A stretch of DNA of 64,000 bases from Candidatus Micrarchaeia archaeon (GTDB lineage: Archaea > Micrarchaeota > Micrarchaeia > Anstonellales > J096): the NCBI GenBank assembly GCA_041500865.1, contig JBGQMY010000002.1, positions 14,196 to 78,195 on the forward strand, in the 5' to 3' direction. The notes under the pieces are model-generated. The model was given only the letters and a program-made list of their open reading frames with translations, was not told the DNA's origin and did no database searches. Each line of letters opens with the position of its first letter. Position 1 is the first letter of the stretch. Of this stretch, positions 56,450 through 64,000 are shown in pieces. The translations under genes were made by a program, and so were the position numbers.

Positions 56450-58279
56450 ATGAAAGAAATAAAAAAATTAGAAATTGATATTCGGCCACCAGTAAGTGTT
56501 TATGGTACATTCAGACGCCTTACATACCTACCTTGGTATGCTATAGCCGAATTTGTAGACAATGCTACACAGAACTATTTTGATCATAAACCCGAGTTGG
56601 ACAATAATAGTGACGAAAAGAAAAAGAAAAAACTTACAATAAAAATAGTATATGATAGAAAGAATAACAAATTATCTATCTCAGATAATGCTAATGGAAT
56701 GGACTTTGCTGAACTAAAACGTGCAATTAAATTAGATAGTCCGCCAGAAAACCCTTCTGGTAGATGTGAATTTGGAATGGGTCTAAAGACCGCTGCGTGC
56801 TGGTTTTCACGGAAATGGAAAATAGAAACTAAAAGACTAGGTGAAACAGAGAAATATTCACTTGTTGTAGATGTTAAAGATATGTCACACCAAGTCGAAG
56901 AAAAATTATCAGTTGATGCCATAAAGACCAAACCTAAAGAACATTATACTATTATAACACTTGAAGAAATTTACAAGCCTCTATCTTCAAGGACTATCGG
57001 AAGAATTAAACTTCAATTAGCAAGTATGTATCGTGTAGATCTTAATTCCAAAGATATTGAAATTCTATGGAATGGCGTTCGTTTAAAATCTCCCAAACAG
57101 CACGTTCTTAAAGAATCTCAGATGGATGGACGCAAAACAATATGGAAAAAAGAGATTTCATTCGAAGTTCCTTGGAAAATAGAAAATCAGATGTTATCTG
57201 TTAATGGTTGGGTAGGGATACGGGACCCCGGAAGTCAAAGGGATGCTGGATTTGTATTATTTAGACGTGGTAGAGTTATAGTAGGCGGTCCAGAGAGAGG
57301 ATATAAACCAAAGGAGATTTTTGGACAAGGCAATACATTCAGATCACAAAGACTTATTGGCGAATTAAGTATGGACAATTGGCCAGTAACTCAAGCTAAA
57401 GATGCTTTTGACTGGACAGGAGAACTTGAAGAGGCATTCATAGAAATATTAAAGAATGAAGCAAAGGATTATATGAATAAAGCTGAAAAATATAGAAGTG
57501 ACCAGAAGACTACAAAACCAGAAATACAGCAGGTTGCAAATGAAACAAAAGAGTCATCTAAAGAAGAAGAGATAGAGGCATATGAAGAAAAACTAAATGA
57601 GATTACAAAAAAATTATCTGAAGATCGGGACGAACTAGAAACTGTCAAACAGAATGAGGAGACAAATAGACATAGGGAATATGCCTTTATTATAAAAGAT
57701 AGATTAAATAATTTTCAGACTACATTTAATGAACTGAAGCAATTAATAAAAGAGAGTATAGAAAAAAACGTGGGAAAAGAAGAAAAGATTAAAGAAAAGA
57801 TAAAGAAAAATAAATGGCTTCTGGGTCTTGAATGCGATATAGACGCAAAAAATCAAGATATAGATAATCAGGGAGAGATAGATCTGCATATTAAAACGAA
57901 GTATGATGAAGATAAAATTTTTGAAATAAAAAGCCCTAATATAAAACCATTTATAGGAAAACGTATGAATTCGAAGACAAAGACGCGCTTAATTATGTCA
58001 GATGAACTTGCTGATGGACTGAGCGAACTTATATTCTATCTAGAAAGAACAAATTTATACGCCGAGCTAAAATTACAAGGAGGCTATGGTATTTCAAAAG
58101 CCTCGGGTTTTATTCTTATAGGATATAATCTTACAGATGACGAAAAAACAATGATTAATTATCTAAATTTCCATTTGAGTCCACATATACGTATTATTAC
58201 ATACAATGACCTTGAAAATAATATTGAGCGTGAACTTGAGACTGTTAAAAAGTTTGCAAAGAGCAGCAAAGAAAGATAG
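56450..58279 (+). CDS. MORC/GHKL ATPase fused to a Shedu (SduA/DUF4263)-like nuclease
   Basis: AEFVDNA, DNANGM, FGMGLK, LFRRGRV; coiled coil; C-terminal E...KWLLG...IDL...FEIKSP...GFILIG...IITYNDL. Confidence 0.75.
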   Translation: MKEIKKLEIDIRPPVSVYGTFRRLTYLPWYAIAEFVDNATQNYFDHKPELDNNSDEKKKKKLTIKIVYDRKNNKLSISDNANGMDFAELKRAIKLDSPPENPSGRCEFGMGLKTAACWFSRKWKIETKRLGETEKYSLVVDVKDMSHQVEEKLSVDAIKTKPKEHYTIITLEEIYKPLSSRTIGRIKLQLASMYRVDLNSKDIEILWNGVRLKSPKQHVLKESQMDGRKTIWKKEISFEVPWKIENQMLSVNGWVGIRDPGSQRDAGFVLFRRGRVIVGGPERGYKPKEIFGQGNTFRSQRLIGELSMDNWPVTQAKDAFDWTGELEEAFIEILKNEAKDYMNKAEKYRSDQKTTKPEIQQVANETKESSKEEEIEAYEEKLNEITKKLSEDRDELETVKQNEETNRHREYAFIIKDRLNNFQTTFNELKQLIKESIEKNVGKEEKIKEKIKKNKWLLGLECDIDAKNQDIDNQGEIDLHIKTKYDEDKIFEIKSPNIKPFIGKRMNSKTKTRLIMSDELADGLSELIFYLERTNLYAELKLQGGYGISKASGFILIGYNLTDDEKTMINYLNFHLSPHIRIITYNDLENNIERELETVKKFAKSSKER

Positions 58280-58403
58280 ACGGTGGCATTTTGTTTATAA
58301 AAAGTGATTAATATTGTATATTTGCTATTAAATTCTAAATTATCCTTCTGACAGCCGTTCATGATATTTTCTGATATCGCACGATTGAAAAGTCTCCTGC
58401 GCC

Positions 58404-58456
58404 TGTTAACACCATCTTAACAAGATTTATAAATGTTTGTTAACAACATCTTAACA
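58404..58456 (+). promoter_or_regulatory. TATA box flanked by two 19-bp operators
   Basis: TGTTAACACCATCTTAACA (58404-58422), TTTATAAA (58426-58433), TGTTAACAACATCTTAACA (58438-58456). Confidence 0.8.
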
Positions 58457-58872
58457 TGCCACTGGGCAACAGACGGATAAACATCATCATAACAAGGCGC
58501 GGAGCTCCGGCCATGGGAGATGACTTGGAAGCATTCACGCAGATGCTTAACCTCGTCTCGGCCCGGGACACCAACCGCACCGCCTTGCAGGTCTTCCGCT
58601 GGGTGCTTGCCAACTCCGCACAGGGCATCTCCAGCTCCACCATGAGCGATGCCTGCGACATGAACCGCCTTACCTGCCTCCACCACCTCAAAAGGATGGA
58701 GGACCTGGGCATTGTGCGCAATGTTGACGGCCGGTATCTCATGGAAACTGAAGGCATGGAGGCCTACATTGACGGCCTGGAAAAGGAGGCAACCGAGACG
58801 TTCGCGGCGCTAAGGGAATTGGCGAAGAAGATAGACCAAAAGTACGCAAGAAAGGAAATCAAAATACGGTAA
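58456..58872 (+). CDS. Winged-HTH transcriptional regulator
   Basis: SSTMSDACDMNRLTCLHHLKRMEDLGIVRNVDGRY followed by a C-terminal helix. Confidence 0.78.
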   Translation: MPLGNRRINIIITRRGAPAMGDDLEAFTQMLNLVSARDTNRTALQVFRWVLANSAQGISSSTMSDACDMNRLTCLHHLKRMEDLGIVRNVDGRYLMETEGMEAYIDGLEKEATETFAALRELAKKIDQKYARKEIKIR

Positions 58873-58999
58873 AGAAAAAGACGACGAAAAGTATAGGGAC
58901 TGGGCAAGATAAAGGGAAGGAAAATAGACGGAAAAGACAAGAAAATAAGGAAGGAAAAAACGACAGAAAGATAAAGGGCAAAAAACGAAAAAACGGTGA

Positions 59000-62001
<3,002 letters not shown>

Positions 62002-62096
62002 CCGACGGGCTAGGTAAGGACACTATGGTTAATTATTTCCTTTGTTTATAAATAAAACGGATAAGGTATATAAATAGTGCTACTTAATTGCATATC

Positions 62097-63263
62097 ATGA
62101 GAGATGCCCTAGAGCAATACAACCCTTGGAACAGGGAAATAGATTACGGAACGGACAGGCTGTTCCATTACCAGGACATTGTCTCCTTCTTGTTCAGGAA
62201 GGAGATACAGGTCCTTACGGGCATAAGGCGCTGCGGCAAAACGACATTGCTGAGGCAATGCATGAGATATTTGCTGGACAGGGGAATCAAAAAGGAGCAG
62301 GTCATATTCATACCTTGCGATGACCCATTGCTGAAAATAAAAAATTTTGAGGACCTGCACAGGATACTGAAGGGATTTCAGGCAAAGGAAAGGCTGTTTG
62401 TCTTTCTGGACGAAGTCCAGGCTGTCAAAGGCTGGGAAAAATATGTCAAGTCAGTATATGATTCAGGCTCAAATGTGAAGTTCATAATAACGGGCTCAAC
62501 CGCATCATTTTTCGAAAAGGATGTTGCCAGCTATCTGACGGGCAGGCATATATTCCATAAGATAAAGACACTGGCGTACAAGGAATACCTGAGGCTAAAG
62601 CCCAATGGCTCTTTGCTGGATTATGCTGAATGGGGGGGATTTCCCGAAGTTGTCAAAACGGATTCTGCCGAACAGAAAAACCTGATTCTCAAGAATTACC
62701 TTCAGACCATAATATTGAGGGACATCATCGAAAGGAACAGCCTAAGGAATGAAAAGGTGGTTACGTCCTTGCTGTACGCATTGGTTTCGGTAGTTGGCGG
62801 AAAGATAAATTTGTCCAGATTATCAAGGCAGTTCAGCCTAAGCAGGAAGACTGCTGAGAAATATGTCAGGATAGGCGTTGATGCCTTCCTGCTTGAGGAA
62901 GTGGGCTTTTTCTCGCATTCACGGAGGAAAAATATCCAGAAAGAATACAAGATATACCCTTCGGATTACGGATTCTGCAGAATGATTAATGGCAGGTTTG
63001 AAAAGGGACGGGCAATGGAATGGGCGGTTCTCCATGCCCTTTCGAGCCCTTCATACTGGTCTTCAAACGGCCATGAGGTTGATTTTGTCTCAAAGAACAC
63101 TGGAATACAGGTGTGCGCAGGGGATAAGATGCCTGAAAGGGAGATGGACAGCCTTATTGCATTCAGGAAAATATTCCCCTTCAGGGGTCTGATGCTTTGG
63201 AACCAAACGACAGACAAGACTGTTTCAATTGAAGAGTTCCTGCTGAACCCTGATGTGCGTTAA
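62097..63263 (+). CDS. AAA_14-type ATPase with DUF4143 C-terminus
   Basis: YNPW, GIRRCGKT, FLDEVQ, ITGS, GGFPE, EVDFV. Confidence 0.9.
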   Translation: MRDALEQYNPWNREIDYGTDRLFHYQDIVSFLFRKEIQVLTGIRRCGKTTLLRQCMRYLLDRGIKKEQVIFIPCDDPLLKIKNFEDLHRILKGFQAKERLFVFLDEVQAVKGWEKYVKSVYDSGSNVKFIITGSTASFFEKDVASYLTGRHIFHKIKTLAYKEYLRLKPNGSLLDYAEWGGFPEVVKTDSAEQKNLILKNYLQTIILRDIIERNSLRNEKVVTSLLYALVSVVGGKINLSRLSRQFSLSRKTAEKYVRIGVDAFLLEEVGFFSHSRRKNIQKEYKIYPSDYGFCRMINGRFEKGRAMEWAVLHALSSPSYWSSNGHEVDFVSKNTGIQVCAGDKMPEREMDSLIAFRKIFPFRGLMLWNQTTDKTVSIEEFLLNPDVR

Positions 63264-63322
63264 TGCTGCCAGGCCTTGGAGCCACAATCCCATATTAAAA
63301 TATATCTGCCTGAGGAATTATT

Positions 63323-63886
63323 ATGGAAGATTTTGGTAAGAAAGTCGCCAAGGGTTCAGAGGCCGAAATCTACGAGAAAAACAACGAAATCATAAAATAC
63401 AGGAACAAAAAAAGCTACAGGATAAGGGAAATTGACGCTGAAATCAGGGAAGGCAGGAACCGGAGGGAGGCAAGAATCCTGAAAAAGGCGAGGGAAATCG
63501 GCCTTCCGGTCCCGAAAGTCTTGGGCGAAGGGGAAAACTACTTCATAATGGAGAAAATCAGGGGAAAAAAGGGAAAGGCGTCATTGGAAACTGCTAAAAA
63601 CATAGGAAAAGCGCTCGGAAAGCTGCACAAGAACGGAATCATACACGGGGACCTGACGCCTGCGAACATGATAGGCAACAGGATAATAGACTTCGGGCTG
63701 AGCTTCATGTCAAAAAGGGCGGAAGACATGGCAGACGATTTGCTTGCGTCATACTATTCATTGAGGGAGCATGAAAGGGCGCTGTTCAAGGCATACGAAG
63801 ATGAATTCAAGGATGGAAAAATAGTCATAGAAAGGATGGAGAAAATCAAGGGTCGGGTCAGGTATGCAAACGACAAGGGCTGCTAA
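63323..63886 (+). CDS. bud32: KEOPS kinase Bud32
   Basis: KGSEAEIY, K.YR..EID..IR..R..REA, HGDLT.AN, IDFGLS, GRVRY. Confidence 0.9.
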   Translation: MEDFGKKVAKGSEAEIYEKNNEIIKYRNKKSYRIREIDAEIREGRNRREARILKKAREIGLPVPKVLGEGENYFIMEKIRGKKGKASLETAKNIGKALGKLHKNGIIHGDLTPANMIGNRIIDFGLSFMSKRAEDMADDLLASYYSLREHERALFKAYEDEFKDGKIVIERMEKIKGRVRYANDKGC

Positions 63887-64000
63887 GGGCCAGGCATCGG
63901 CATCGTTCCTTTTGACGTTCGCAGCGCTGGCCGCCGCGGTCTTTGTGCTGTTCTCGGCGTTATCCTACGTTTCAAAGAATGCCGAAACATCAGTGTCGTC
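63864..64000 (+). CDS. Class III signal peptide (type IV pilin-like) protein, partial
   Basis: MQTTRAAKG/QASASFLLTFAALAAAVFVLFSAL..., open to the window edge. Confidence 0.6.
   Translation, partial: MQTTRAAKGQASASFLLTFAALAAAVFVLFSALSYVSKNAETSVS

Overview
Chromosomal segment of an archaeon, most likely DPANN (Micrarchaeota-like). The taxonomy is inferred from gene content and protein style, not from a search. Core genes: ftsZ 3' end, aglB, an orphan hisG, htpX, prf1, tbp, rpl21e-rpoF-DUF655, rad50, polB, csaA, cdc48, bud32 and two tRNAs (intron-containing Leu-CAA; Thr-CGT). Accessory content: a ~4400-aa membrane-anchored surface subtilase, a ~1500-aa membrane protein, five ankyrin genes, a tnpB-only IS200/IS605 element between the divergent tbp and rpl21e promoters, and a family of mosaic palindromic intergenic repeats. 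A defence region (48.4-58.3 kb) holds two AbiE-type pairs, a TaqI-family R-M pair, and a C5 methylase followed by a MORC/GHKL ATPase fused to a Shedu-like nuclease. That last pair is the best candidate for an undescribed system. Other leads are a wHTH-cdc48 operon with twin TGTTAA-N7-TTAACA operators and a shared M-x-Q-[KR] basic leader on many unrelated accessory proteins. All calls come from reading motifs by eye; no database search was run.
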